From assembly GCA_040954595.2 (NCBI GenBank), contig CM082578.2, forward strand, positions 16,997,703 through 17,061,702: a stretch of DNA of 64,000 nucleotides, in the 5' to 3' direction. The stretch comes from Balanoglossus misakiensis. Lineage: Eukaryota > Animalia > Hemichordata. Shown one piece after another: positions 26,401 to 41,700 of the stretch. The notes under the pieces are model-generated. The model saw only the letters and a program-made list of their open reading frames with translations. It did no database searches and was not told the origin of the DNA. Both the position numbers and the translations under genes were made by a program. How positions within the stretch are numbered: the stretch's first letter is position 1; each line of letters starts with the position of its first letter.

Positions 26401-29400
26401 TATACATGCTCTGTATTTTCACTTGAGGAGTATCATTACTTTCCCATTAAATTGTGAATAACCTTTTTTATCTCAATTTTTTTCACTGCTTCCAATTCAC
26501 GTGGCAAAGACACCATTTAATCAAAGCTGACTGTTTCATTTCTGTGCTGTATGTAGGCCATGCTAAAGTCGTTGAGGGAACAATTAAGCATTATACTCCC
26601 AATGATCGCAGCGGGAAAACACACACAGCAGAAATTTTGACAGTCTGCCTGCATTCGTGTAACTTGTATATCTAACTGACTCATTTGCTCAATGTCTACG
26701 GACGTCTCATCTGATGACTCCAAATCAAGTCTGTTCTCTCGTGAAAGAATGAGGAAAATATAATCCAAAAAAACTAGTGATATCTGCTCTTGAAAATACA
26801 TTATACGTTAATTAGTGTGCAAATTTACTATCTAGGTCCTATTCACTTTTCGAAATGGAAGGTATATGTATATCTAGCTTAATTATGTGCAAATTAGAAA
26901 GTATTCGTGCAATGTGGACAACTGTGGTGTTAATTTTCCATCAACAAAGTTGCAATTATTAGGGCAGTGACCACCAGCTTTGGTGGCTAGACTGAGGTAG
27001 TGTCATTTCACCACCTGTAGGCTGTATAATGGCGTAAATGTACCGGTATGTCATATATGGAATTGCAATTTCCTGAAAATAGAAGTTTTATGTATCAAGT
27101 CATCATGATACTGGCAGTTGCAGTACGCCTTAAAATGCATTTAAATTTCCAAGCATTGCTCTGGGCTCTCATAATTCTGTACAAATCGGTGACACTTCAA
27201 GACACTATAGAGAATATAGTTCGGGGTAAACTGAATGAGTTCTGGGCATTTGGGCGAAGAAGGTAACATTTTATGCATCTCACTTCAGGGATGTCACACT
27301 TTGAAATTCTTTCACATCCCAATTCCGGCCGGCACCTAAAGTTTATCTCCCGTGATGGGGAGCCTCAGCTATATACATGTAGCTGCATTCTCTTCAATAA
27401 GTGTGTACTGTTTTAGACAGTGTCACGTAACGGCTTATATATACATGTAACCAGGCTTGTAGAGTATATCAGAAAGGATCACTTTGTATTTTGGCATATT
27501 GAGACCCCCAAGTCTATTTTACACAAATTAAATCAAGCCGTGAAAATCCAACATTTTAGTGAAAGACTCAAAATATACACAGCGGACATTTAACTCTTGC
27601 ACCCCAGTTCTCTCTGCAGTAGAGTTCCAACTTTGCAATAATAGAAATGAATGGACTTGTGACCATGGTGGTGTGAAAGAGTTAAAATTGGGGAATTAAT
27701 GGTGACATGTAATACCATGCAGTTTGTGCCTGCATTAGATTTAAAAAAAACTGATATTTTCAAATTTAAAAGTGATTGCACCTCCTTGTTTGAAAGAACT
27801 GATTAACATACATTTTGCATGATCTTAGATTAAATATAATGTTTACCACAACCATCACATGGTAATTTTAATAACTTGAAATTCACAAAGCCTTTTCCAT
27901 ATACCGTACATGGGCCTCTGTACTAATCTGCCAGGTGAATTTAGAATTCCAGGGTTTGCTCAAATTTGCACAATACATGCATTTGCTATTATAAGACCGT
28001 TATGCAGCACACTGCATTTTTTTCACATAAATGCCAATATATTTTGTGTGTTTTTGAAATAAATGCACAGGACCCACTTCAAATACATTCCTAATTAAGT
28101 CACATTCGTACAGCTGCTTCCATGTCTGTTTTGAATTCCTTCAGAAATACATGTCTACTTGAGAGCTGTGCACGGGATAATACAACGGTGAGGTCAAAAT
28201 GTGATTGGAACAAAAAGCTTTACCGCTCTAAGCGAATTTTCAAAGTTGTCCCTTCACTGTGTATTATCTGTTATTTTTATCTCCATACATTTATTATATA
28301 TTAAAATTTTCATCATTTTTTTCTTATAGTTGTGTACAATTCACTATCTAGTGATCTATGCGATACAGTGCAAAGGACACAAGATGTAACAGCCGTTCAA
28401 AATCAAAAAATCAAAAATGAAGAGAAATTTCCCTGTTGGACGTGACTTGAATGTATAGATACGCACAGATAATGCAACGCTTAGGCCTACTGGTGATCCA
28501 AAATATCTGCTGTATACGAACAGGAACACTGCAATTTGTTGGTCGGTAAAAATGTGTAAAGTTGATATTGTTGTTAAGAGAGGTTATTTTGCTCTCGACT
28601 TGTTAATTGGTCTCTGGACTTGAAGTTTACCCCTTCGGCTAGCTCGTCACAAAAGAGAGCACTCGTGCGTTAAATGCATGTAATTCTGTATGAGACGCTT
28701 CAAATGATATTGTGTTTGATATGAAGCAAATAACTATTAAGAACAGAAAACATTGAAAGAGTCATTCTTTATATATACGGTACATGTAAAAATCACAGGA
28801 TGACAGACAAGCGAATGAAGGCCTTTTTTGGTCCCGGGCAAAGTATGGCGAGATTGTGTGAGAAAGTGATGTTTCCCAAGACATCTTCTCACATGTAGGA
28901 GAAATGGGTTCAATAAAATAAACAACAATTAAAATTTAACTCACCACAAAGGCAGTTAGTATAAAGCCTACGATTGATACCTCAAAATCGTGCCAGGTCT
29001 TTGCAGCAACAGGACCTTGTATATACACTCTGATGAAGGTTCGTGTTTCTGAAAAGATGGTTATAGGCGTTTACATAGAGTCTAAGCCCTCTTTTCTTCA
29101 ATGAAGACAACCGAGGAGTGTATAGGCAGGTCTGAAGTGTATCGCTGCTACTCTACTACTATATACTGCGAGTCTGATTTGACTGAGACGGTGTATCACA
29201 TGAAATCCGCAAATATGCAAATAGTCTTGCTTATGTATGTAGTATGTGAGGCTATAATATTATATAGCAGGAGATTAAAAGATTCTGTTTCGAGATACGA
29301 GCGACCATGTCTGCAACATTTGGTATACATCAATCAATGTCGTTACAAGTCAGTAGAGGTTGCGAGATAAACAGTAGATGTGACACCTGTTACCTGCTAT

Positions 29401-32400
29401 TTTGCTCGGCAAAAATTTCAATTTAGCTATATCGATAATTAATTAATTGCCAAAGGTTAACGCATATTAACTTCTGATCCACCCATCTGTCCATTCATAC
29501 ATGTGAAATGTAAACATTGGGCATATGACTTCAATTTGAATATTTTATCATATGATACATTAATAGTAAAATTAACTTTTCTGAGTACAGATATGGCTCT
29601 ATGAAGCCACTGTAAAGGCTTTTTTATATTGTCTGGCTGTCACAATACAAAAGCATATACCGGTATACTACAGGTTGTGCCAGAAGGGAACTGGGCTTTA
29701 TATGTTATGTATGGTCAAGCAATAATTCATATCGCCTAAGATAACAAACTTTTCTATGAGAACCTTTGGGGCTCGTGAACTCAAGGGATGGTGTATATCC
29801 ATGGCTTATAGTGCCAACGGCAGTCAGCCTTGATGAAGGAGTACAGTGAGATATGCTGATGATGAGCCTTTCAAATACATTCGATCTTATCGTGGATGTA
29901 AAGAAAACGAATTTATTCGAGATCATATCATCTCATGGCTAAGCAATTACCACAGAGCTTAAGGCTTTCTTGTTGTTAGTGGAAATCAGACCTTTGACAA
30001 AAATTTAAAATTTGACTTTCTGTGACCATTTGGATGACTATGGATGACCGTAGACTTGCAATTGTTTTGTAATTAATTTATGCTTTCAATTATCTTTGAA
30101 GCAACAATGGTCACTTTTGGCCATGTTATTAAAGCTTTATGCCTATTACATATCACACATGTTTGAGCGAAAAGAAATTCATCTTCAGAAACCAAGTGTA
30201 TCTTCGATGACTACATGTGGTCTTCGCTGAAGTCAGATGATCTAGCAGTACTCACAAACAGACATTGCAATTTTGCCATGCCTGCTTGAACAGGATTAAT
30301 TGGTGTGCGGTCCGTATTGGACTACTCAGTAGTATTTTCTTTCCTGATCCCGACTTAAGGCGCTGCGCAAATCAGCCAGAAAATGTGTGGTCAGTTTATT
30401 GGTACTTTACGATGATGGATATTAAATAAAGACGGCTCTAAAACAAGAAAACGATCAGGAGCTAGTGATGGACATTTTGAACCAAGTTAACATTCATGCT
30501 TTCGTTCGAAGTGGAACACAACCCAAACTGCAAATAAACAGTTTTGTACCGTTTGAATCTAGTAAGACTTGGACCAATTAGAATGCAGCAGCAAAAGTGG
30601 TCAGCAGACCGAATGATTGATTCACATATGGCCATCCCTTAAAAGAGACGGCTCAGCACTCCGTATAAGTCTGTCTGTCTGTCTGTCTGTATGTATGTGT
30701 ATGTATGAAATCCACACCTTTGATGAACATTTTGCTTTCAAGATGCTGGTATCTGATATCCACAGAACAACTGACGCGTTCACTTTATCTATGCGTGAAC
30801 GATACAAGGCCATTCTCAAATCCGTTCACTTGGGTTTTCTCTTAAGGCTGCCGCTCAAGAGAGAAATTAGCTGATCAAATATCACTCAAGGAACTTTGAT
30901 CAGTCAATTTCTTATCGTGTGAGAGCGATTCTTAATTGTCAAGCTTCTTTTCCATTTGTGCATGCAGTTGAGCATGAATTTCAACTTATTTGATATTTTC
31001 TGCTCGTGAGAATTCCTCACACTGTACACCGATGAAAGTAGTTTTCTTCATGTGCATGGAAATCACGTGACTCCATTAAAATCATGGCTACCCCCATAGC
31101 ACTGTTTTCAATGATTAAAATGTATCCAGTTGTATTAAGTAAATTCATGAGACATCTGACATTTTGTCATAATAAAGATGTAAATTACAACGCTTCTGCT
31201 TCATCAGCGTACTAATGTGTTCACTGCAGGAAATATGGATGCACATTATGAGCCTCTAGGTCTACGTGCAATCCACTGCTCATTTAGTGTAATGAATCGT
31301 GAATGTTACCCCATACAAGACATTGTTATTTTTTTAACTGATTTAAACTGACCCAAACTGGTTCAGGTGTACCGCAAACTGCCTGTGTAGGAGATTGAAG
31401 AAGTCAAGTTTAGGTCATATTTTGCATATAATGCTACACATTTTCAAGGGCTTGAAAATGACTCGTATATCGAATAAATGGTGAATCAAACTAAACTACC
31501 AATGCAGGGGATTAATAGAATGTACATAACCACACCTCATGGACGTCGAAAACTACAACGTCATCAGGGAACAGTCAGGATGTCTGTGTTGTATGCTTGA
31601 GACAGTTCTCTGCATGAATTTGTCTTGTGCGTCATAGCCAGCGCCCAGGCGACGTCATGAACGAGAGTGAAAACATTGAAATGCTTCCTAATCATGTTGT
31701 TAATCTCCACTTTTCATTTGAACTGCCCCCGTACCATTTTCAGTTTCACCCCCATACACTGACACAAATTGCAAACGAGAATTAATAATTACAAGTATAA
31801 TACATACATACATTCATTCATACAGACAGATACCGTACATGTAGGTAATTGGTCAGCCTCACAAAATCATTATAGCAAACTGGTATAACTCAACCATGAA
31901 CTTTTATGAACATTGTGACCATGCACATAAAATGTACCATTGTCGCTGACCGAAGGAATTCCTTCTCAGTACTGTCAGGTGGCGCTCTAACACAATTCAA
32001 TCTAACTACCGACATTTTTGAAAGGCCCAGACAGAATGTCTCAAAGAAGGTTCGCGTCATGCCATTTTTCTTATTGAAAGCTGTGAGACTGCTTGTTATC
32101 ACAATGTATACCTATACATGTGCACGTGAGCGTGAAATAATTCCTTGGGATCTCAACATTTTGGTGCCATAAAGATTCATATGACATATACACAAAATAC
32201 CAAATAAAAGCATGATATCATATTTTATTGTATCGCATGTATGTATTGAATCGTGAGATAGTCAGACGATAGCTCTGCGTGTTTTCTGTGTTAATTTGTT
32301 TTAATTAGTGGTCAGTATAAGTTAACTTTTCTCATGGCCCAGCTTTCCAAAGCAATCTTTCATAAGTGCGCCCTCCCTCTTCAGTGAGTTACATTTATGG

Positions 32401-34522
32401 CGAGAATAAATCACCCAGCGCACTAGATTCATGACTCATAAACGCAGAAAAAAGTAGATCCTGAGATTGATGAAGTGTACGACATGTGAGAGCCAGTCTC
32501 TCGAACATGCGTATTAAACGCAAACTGAAAGGACAATATGGCACCATTAAGGGTAGCCCTGCGTACAGCTCTGTGTGTTCCCGGCGAACACACAGAGCGG
32601 GTTTGCATTGTTGACGAATGTCTACTCTGGAGACAATGTACTGGTTTAATGGACAGTTTTTGTGAAAAAGTAATTTTGAATAAATATCTCACATTTCATT
32701 AAAAAACCTAGATATCACGTCATTCGCAAAACTAAATGTCTAAACACATACCCTTTGGTGGGTTACCTTTTATGACCCTAAAAGCAGTGGTTCACAATTC
32801 AGCTCACAGAACATAACAGTTTTGTCTTTTATTTAGTTGAGTTAGCGGAATGCGATAAACACGACTGCAGTGAACCCAGCTGATTAAGCCCCCTATACGT
32901 ACAAAAAGATAACATATCTTAGGCTGGCTCATGTTGAGCCTGGTTCAGAAAATGTTGATCTGATAACATGTCACACAGATATAATTTGGCAGCTTGTCAC
33001 TCTTCACATCTAACTCTAAAGATGAAAGGTCACACAGTTTTAGCATTTGGGTTAGCCCACTGCCTTGTTTGTACTGACAGTCAAGGATGATGTTTCTACG
33101 TTTTATTGTATCCATGCCAACTGAGATAGAGTTGATTCAGTAAAAAAAATAATACAGTTGCCTGCAGGCATAGTTCGCAGGGATAAAGGCATTGTTCGTC
33201 TACCATAAAGACACAGATGTTAAAGTCCATATAAATTGTGTTGCAGATGTGGGTATATTTCTAAAGACAGAAAAACAATCAACCTTTTCCCTGTAACACG
33301 GAACTGCTTATAGGGAAGTTAAGCAAAAGGGAACAGAGGGTTTGTTGTGAATTAATTGCAACAGTTCACATGGATCAGATATTGTAAAAACCTCGGAAAA
33401 AAACTGCCTTGAAATGGCTATACGAATTAATATGAGGTGCATTAAGACTCATTCGTTTGGGTGCACTGAGTTTACATGTACACACATGTCTGACACACAC
33501 AAAAACAACAACAACAAAAAATACTACACGCGTGTAACTCATGGCTCTCACAAGCTAGTTTTATTTATTGCCACTCAAATTGCCACTGTTTCATGCCTCA
33601 TAAAAAATGGCCACTGTTGTCTGCCTCCCTAATGAATTGTACTCAACCAGCTGAACGACACAGATGGTTCAAAAGAACTAATCTAGTACCTTGGGCTGTT
33701 TTCTGTCGTTTGAGTAAATTATTTTCCATGAACTAAAGGTCTGTGGGAAAAGATATAAAAAACCTACTCTCCATAGTATGATATATAATAGAAATGCACA
33801 TACACTGTAGCAGAAAAGATTTATGTGCACATTCTTGTGAAGTATATTCAGCTCAATTAAGGAAACAGAAATCTCATCGAATTTTTAATTCTGATGAAAA
33901 TCCTTTCCTAATCAACAAACATCCACTTTCACTCTTTGCCAAAATATTTTTATAAAGTAAACTGCTGTAAATAAAGAAAGATGACTACTTAGTTACCGCA
34001 ATAAGTTGTGTGTGCGCACATGAAACATTTCCCGACGATGAGAATTTATTACGGTTCACCTGACATATTCCTTGTCATTATACAGCAATAAGTAATACCT
34101 GAATTCTCCGCTTCCATCATTCGAAATGTGATCATCAAATTAGGCAGACTAAAATCAAGTCAAGTTTGCCAGTCAAATCATGCTCAGTGATTCGTTCCGT
34201 TGGGACTGCAAATGCTGTTCAATGACAGAGAAACAGGGTTCAAACTTGCGCACATTACCATGGCAACATACTTGGCAAGCGTGTTTCCCATCATCATTAG
34301 TTTTTTTAACATTTTCAAAATCTGGAATGTGATACCAACTATTCATTGACATGTCATGTAAACCGATGAAAGATAGCTATAACTTCATTTCAATAAAACG
34401 ACAATGTACACTTTTTCAAAGAATTTTTGAAGCAAGACAATCAATTAAAATAGAAGTTCAAAAAAGCCATCTTTCAAAACTGATCACTATTACTTTTATA
34501 GTGAAAGATAAAGATGGCATTC

Positions 34523-34801
34523 TTACGGTAGTACACACCTCGAGGATGATTTCCAGAAAAGTTCTCCAAACCTTTCAATTCTTTGATACTTTAAATATTA
34601 AAGCTTTCTCCAGAGAGTTAACACTGTAGAGATGGACATTTTGAATTTCAAATTTGAGACCATTTTGCTTTCTCATTCAAAATTTTACACATTGACCTCT
34701 AATTATCATTCTCAATTCCAAGGGAAAATAATCTAAAGTTGCCTTGAGCGAATAGCAGAAAAGGGTTAATACTTTGATTTTCGAGGCGCACACTACTTTA
34801 A
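34523..34801. mobile_element. Degenerate MITE / non-autonomous DNA transposon with TTAA-type ends (Kolobok/piggyBac-like)
   Basis: The left end ttacggtagtacacacctcg and the reverse complement of the right end ttaaagtagtgtgcgcctcg form an imperfect terminal inverted repeat. About 280 bp, with no coding capacity. Confidence 0.55.
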
Positions 34802-35647
34802 GTACTCAATAATACAACCAATAAATCTCAGTGAAATCTGATGTGAATTTGCTTATTAAATATTTATGGAGCTGTTTCGCGTTATGGTCCTGTTTTGTGA
34901 AACGTAAAAACAAATCCCTGCAAGATGACAACTGAAATTCTACCATGATTGCAGATTTGGTTAAATAGTTGCAGTGAATCAACTAGCCCAAATGAAGCTT
35001 TTGATGTAGCCAAACTCTCAAACTAGACATGGTTGTATGTTACTCATATTTTTTCAATACATATGGTAATATAAGTGACACTATCGTACATGCTAACGTT
35101 GATGTGAATTCTTTGGTAAGTGATGGTGGTTTTTGATGGAAAGTTTGAATAGATCTTTGACATTCATTTGCTTCAGTGTAAAATTATGCTGCAAGGCTTC
35201 CCCTGTGTTTCCCTTGTGTTGTCACGGCTGCTTTTGGTATGCAAATATACCAAGCACTCAATGTTTCAGGGCAACTTAGACTGGCACATGATGATCGATA
35301 GGCAACTGTCCCTGAACGCTGTTATTTCAACTTTGTATAAGTGCACTCTCTCCTGTATTCGACCTTTAATTTAAAAGTTAAAGCCAACCAATCTCACACG
35401 CAGTTTAAAGTTCAGATTGTTAGTTTATGGTGTGATGAAGTTCAACACCTCTTGTCTGGTGTGAGAAATGTGGCCTTGAAAAGGGCGCAGATGCATATCG
35501 CCTATAATATGTATCACTGTATATCGACAGTCATCTTATACCCACTTGTCATTTCAATGCTTTCCTCTGCAAAAAGGCAGAGAACTGGTGGTCCTTCCAT
35601 ATGAGGACTACTTGGCAATGTATGATGTAATTGTGATTGTAAATATT

Positions 35648-35733
35648 TGAGTGAGTGAGTCAATGAGTGAGTGAGTGAGTGAGTAGGTGAGTGTAAGAGA
35701 AGAGAGAGAGAGTGCAGTGAGCAAGTGAATGAG
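35648..35733. repeat. Degenerate (GAGT)n/(GA)n microsatellite
   Basis: Directly visible. Confidence 0.85.
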
Positions 35734-38700
35734 TATTCAAGCCCGCAATATGCAGTGACCTGAGCTCTACACTATTTCTGTAAAGTGGAAACATATATAG
35801 CCAGAAGATTTTTACTATGTGCTTTGTTCGAAAGTGCCAGGGATTTTGTAAGAATTAAGACGGTGTGTGATTTGCTCTCCCCACTGTCGGTATTTTTCTG
35901 ACCGAAAGTTAGAACTATAAGTCCACGTCACTTGGTCATTCTGACAGGGATTGTAATCAGTCTTGTATAGACGATATCCCTCTCTTAATTATCACCGCGA
36001 CAGAACATTCTTACCTTCACCTTGAGTTAAAGATTTTTAGAGTCAAGTGCCATGACATGACAGGCATGGATTATGGCATTTAATGCTTCAGTGGAGAGTA
36101 TAGGTCATGGTTTAATATAACCATCACCGCAATATTTCTCTGATTGGCGGATGGGGCCTGGCCGTGTCATGATCTCAATTATCACATGTGACAATCAGAA
36201 ACCAGAAAAGCTGTTGATTAGAAGTTGTAATTCACTCTACACAGTAGCATTATGGTTATAATCCCCTCCATCATGACACTTGGCTTTGATTGGTTCAGAA
36301 TTTTACGACACCCAATCAAACGGCATGTATCTATCAGCGCCAAACAGGGTCAATTTTGTTTGTAAAATACTCAAGCAATATATTCAAGCAAAGGCACTGT
36401 ATTTTAGATATTCCAAAGTCAAATGTAATTGTCATTATTGCTGGATTGTTTTAAACAGTGAGACGGAATCTTTGACGTGTAGAAACAAGAAATATTGACA
36501 ATTATTGTGGTGTCTTGAAAACACCACAGTGTCATGGTTGCTTCATATTGTTGTCCGTTTTCCGTAAACATTGAAATTCAGTGAATGAATGAGCGAACAA
36601 ACAAACAAATAAATGAACGGACGGATGGAGAGAGGATGGGAGGGAGGGAATAATACATTGGTCAACGGGAGTAGAAACTTTGTAGGCTTTAAACACAAGC
36701 AATTAAATCAGATGCATTTTTCTTGACATCTTTAATATATAACAGGAGTACTTTATGGAATTGATTTCATTCAAATATGGCAGCAATGACGTCAATGTAA
36801 CGCGTGTCTGTCCATAATTCAAAACTCAAAAGTGCCCTTCAGCATTGGCCGATATAAAAATATGTTTGCATTCCATGTGTCCTTCAAATGGTGAATTTAA
36901 AATGGATATTTACTTCACACAGCTATTGTGTCGTTGTACATTTGTCTCACACATGGAAATGTGATAATTTACCTGCCAGTCTTTTGCAACGGAAATATGA
37001 ACTCCAACACGAAACGGACGCAACTAATTTTGTTGACAACAGCGGGCTCTGATAATGCATCATTCAAACCCATTGAAATAGAAATGAGAGTTTCCATCAC
37101 AGATAGCGATATGACGACAAAGGGGAATTTTAACTTGATATTGATCATACAAATCTAAAAGTTTTTGCCACCAGGTGCTATGTTCATGTAAAGCTGTCAG
37201 GATCAGATCTTATCTTTCACCGACTGATGATAATTGGAAAGCAGACACTTATTGATTTCCGACCGTGGGTTTCCCTCATCAAGGCCGCGGTTACAATTCC
37301 TCCCTATTAAATGTTACTCGGTGAAAAGAAACACCAAATATTCCACAGAATGATATTTTATATTGTATGATCCCAGGTTACAACAGATAACATTTCAACT
37401 GTACCTTTCATGATACCGACACCTTTGTAAGCAAGATCTGAAGAGAGCAAAATCATTATTCTGTAACTTGCCTGGAGTTGACGACAGTACAATCATGCCA
37501 TGCCAAAAGTGCCTTTAAATCTTGATCAAATATCAGATGCTTTAAACATTTAAAATTGTAGCAGACCATTAACCAGACTGTTTCCCTCATCTGTTCATAC
37601 TTCATATAATGTAATTTCAATATCTATTTGATGGTATTTAGTTGTGCATTGGGCGGCCTGTGAAATGAAGTTGGCTGCTTTCAATCTTCCTTGGAATAAA
37701 AGAAATTGGTACAATGTACCCGGTATGTAAGTGGCCATTTTGAATTATAAATTGAGATAATTTGGCTCTCCTGTTCAAAGTTTGGTGCGATGACCCCCAA
37801 CATGAAATGTTTCAAATATAAGCTATGTAAATAGATTTATTTATATGAAATATTGCAACTACATTCAGGCAATAACCACCAGACTGTGCCCATGATTAGA
37901 CAAAGTTCCAATTATCTCAGTTTAACACGGGGTCAGTTAGTTAATCGATTGATTGAAGCAAGAATATTCTACAGAACGAGTGGCCTTCGGTGAAAGAAAA
38001 CACCTACAAGAACGGCCCGGCTCCATGAAATACACGTCCCTTGAATATTTGAATTTTTAATGAAAATGCAAGATTGAACATAGTGATGTGTAAATATTGC
38101 AGGAAATAATGTGACATTTAGTGAATTAGTTGATTAAAATGTATGTGCGCCATGCCCGGAGCATTTGTTTGGTCATTGCGGTCCAGTGGAGAGTATAAGG
38201 GACTCGATCATTATGGTGCAGGGACGCAGGATTTATGACCCGGACATGTCAACGTTGTTGTACGTTGCTCTTATTTATCAAGGCACTTTACTTCTCTCCC
38301 CTCTTTACACAGAAATTGGCCAGGCCAAGCCATCATGTAGTATGGAATGATACATTGAAATAGTAAATGTATACGTGTTAAAAACTAGTTCTCAAAATCA
38401 ATATCAAATGTGTCAGTAGCTTCGTGTCTAGATATTTGGCATAACACCAATACTAAAAAGAATAGCCAAACATTACAGCTAATTGTGCCTGTGTAGAAAA
38501 GCTGAAAGATAAATTCTCTGTATATACTGGGTGCAACTGCATTGTTGACTTCCCTGATGAACATCTAATGGTTTAGTACAACTATATACTGTTGAACAAT
38601 AAATAATGCAAAAAGATTTACACTCTTTTCCCTCTACTAAAACTTTCTGTCTCGTTTTCAACACACTTTAATAATTAATTTTGCTCGAAGCATCTCTGCT

Positions 38701-41700
38701 GCATTAAGTCGGTTTGGACAGGCGCAATGCAGTCGCGAGCACATTGATTGTCCTGTTATATTTAACATTCTGTCAATGGGATCTAAACACCATCATCTAA
38801 AAGCCAATTACCGTTATATTGAGTCCTGTAGCGGACACGAAGAACACATTTGCAGTGACAGCTCTGTCTGGGACGGCTGAAACAGATTTCATCTGTCAAA
38901 AAACTCCTAAATTATACATGTTTATGTTCCTACTTGAGTCGCCGGTTTAGAATATAAATACATATATATCACTGCTATAGTTAAATTCCATGGCATTTGC
39001 AATGTTTTGATAATTGATGGAAAATGTGTTATGATTTACTGAACGAGAGCTGTTTTATCGATTCAGTAAAACGGTAGAGGTCAGAAGTGTAGAAAATCAG
39101 TATAGTACATGCTGTACTGCTTCAAAACAGTGTTATCACAAAGGCATGAGCAGTCATATTGAACTCCAAATATGATTGCAGTATTGACGTGTTGCAGTAT
39201 ATTACAGAGCCGTGTGTGTTTGTGGGGGGGGGGAGGGGAGGTGGAATGTGGATTTGTCTGCAATATTAATACATAAATAGTGTGCAGTTATAACTACTGA
39301 CAAAAGGTGACTTAATTGTTAATGTTCGCAATGCACACCAATCCACTGCTGAGATTTACATGGATTAATATTATGCAGACGCAAATGTCATATGCATGTC
39401 TTCACTCAAGTACATGTAATCTATTAAAGCAAACAATTTTACAGATTAATGTCATTTGCACTCGGCTCATTAAATACTTACTTTGGTCAAAACTGTTTCA
39501 ATTAAGTGCGCCAATATCATCATTCACTGCATGATTTGTGTTTTTGCCTGCTATACGTACACGTCATACAAACTTAAAGAACATAAATGCCTGGAGAATT
39601 AAGAAACCACATACGAAAGAGGTTTCTCAGCCTATATACACTTAATATTCAAATTTTTAAGATGATACCAGGTTATTTCCCCCAAAGTACTTGTTAAGAT
39701 GGCAAGGCATAGAGGTATAGTCGTTAAGATAGCAACAAATATGAAGCCATTCCCTCTGGGTCAAAATAGGCTTTATTGGAGAAAGTCACGTCACGACTCA
39801 AATTGAATTCTCAAACACGACATTAGCAGGCCAGTGTATGTGTCGCGCAAACTCATTACAATTCTATCTTAGGATTTCAACAGTTTCATCAATGTACAGG
39901 CCCCAGGGTGTAAGTGTCAGATATGATGGTGTTTACTGTATATGTACATGCAATGTGTTATCGTTCAGCGCTTCAATGTTTTTTAGGCACAGGAGAGATT
40001 TGTGAGATCAGTGTTTTTGTTGAAAAATGAAATTTGTATTAAGATTATTTGGACTAAGATTTCCCAAACCACTGCAATTATCTTCATGCATAGCTCGGGA
40101 CTTCATCACAGAATGTATATGTATTATGCATGCAATAAAAAGGCAAGCTGTTAACCTGTAACTTTAATGACACAATGAGCTCAGGTAATAAATTGAAAGC
40201 TCTCTCACTTTGATATATACCGGTATATATGTATACATATAACATGCAGGAGAAAAAGGACTATAACGTGAAAGTGATAGCTACAGCTACATGTAGTAGC
40301 TCACACAACTGTCAACAAAATAGCGTCTCCAATGATAAATACAAATTATTCCTTAACAAACTTGTGCAATTAAAACACCATAAATACAAGTCTTTGAAAA
40401 TTTTGATTACAAGGGGGTACCTACATTCCTGTCTTTCATTAACATTTCCCTTCTTTTTATATTTTCATTGCCACTTTTCTTTGTCTTTCAAAAAGCGTAA
40501 CTCAAAAATGAGTGATCAGCATACCACCAATTATTCACACAACCATGCTGAACATTCGATCTTAAAGTGCATATCTCCATGAATATAGAGAACATATGCA
40601 AACAAGTGAATGTCGGTCAAGATAAGGTCATACTGTAGACTGACTGGACTAATTGCAGTGCTTATAACACCAGAACGCCCAATGGCGCCTTTCCACCATC
40701 TGGCACCTTGTTGTCTCAATCCTTCCTCTTCATTAATATCAACTATCCTCACTCTGAGTACTATTAGCTCCTCAGAATCTGTTTCTTTTTTTCTAAATCA
40801 TCCTTGTGGAGCTGTGCGTATTTCAGCTACCCAGTGATACGCAGTCATTTTAGATTTCTGCATTGCTGAGCATAAACATCTTCATGTTCATCTCCACATG
40901 TTTGACTTATAAATCTTTCCAAATGCCTAAAGAAAGTACACGTGTTTAACAGGCATCTTCCTCTTAGAATCGGACAGGAGCCAAATGCTATATCTATCGC
41001 GGTGATCAATAGAAAAAATACCAAGCTTTCAGCTTGAATGTGTCCACGTGTGGCAGTCTACGAGCCCTATCCACATGGAATTAAATTGTGCACTGTTTTG
41101 TTGCTATACGTCTAGATTGCTGTTGGCTGGCAATGCCTTTCTGTGACCCCAATCTACAGTGGTTATGGATAGTTAATTCCCTCTCTGCCTTCGTTAATCA
41201 CATCTTTGCGTCGGCAGATAGCCTCACACAGAAAAGCACTTCCCACTTAGACTGATCGGCTGATTTCATGTTTCCGTGCTGAGTCTTTTCTGAATTACCC
41301 ATGCCCCCTACAAAGTGGATACGGTTAAACCTGTGAATTAGATAAAGTGAATTGCTAAATTCGGTCTCTGTCATAGAAAGGCCAAAGGACGTTTCGGGTG
41401 TCAAGGATTGGCAATGCAATGCATGTATGACTGCTGCTTTGTGGTCTATAGAGTTCTAGTATTAAATGTGGTATCATCATTGTGGGAGCATTAACACCTA
41501 CATTTGCAATACTTATGAGAACGTGGTCGTGTAGCAAACACTGAATGCTTTATGGGGGGGGGGGGGGGGGTAGAACACAGAGCTGACTTGCTTTTAATAT
41601 TGAGTGAGAAGACACGATGTTCTTCGATTTCCTGTATCAGAGGAGATGCCTTCTCACCAGATTGTCAATAACCGCATTACTTAGTTTAGATGAGAATCAA

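Noticed and set aside
26992-27030. TGAGGTAGT, matching the let-7 5' end
   Set aside because: The rest of the mature sequence does not match and there is no complementary arm.
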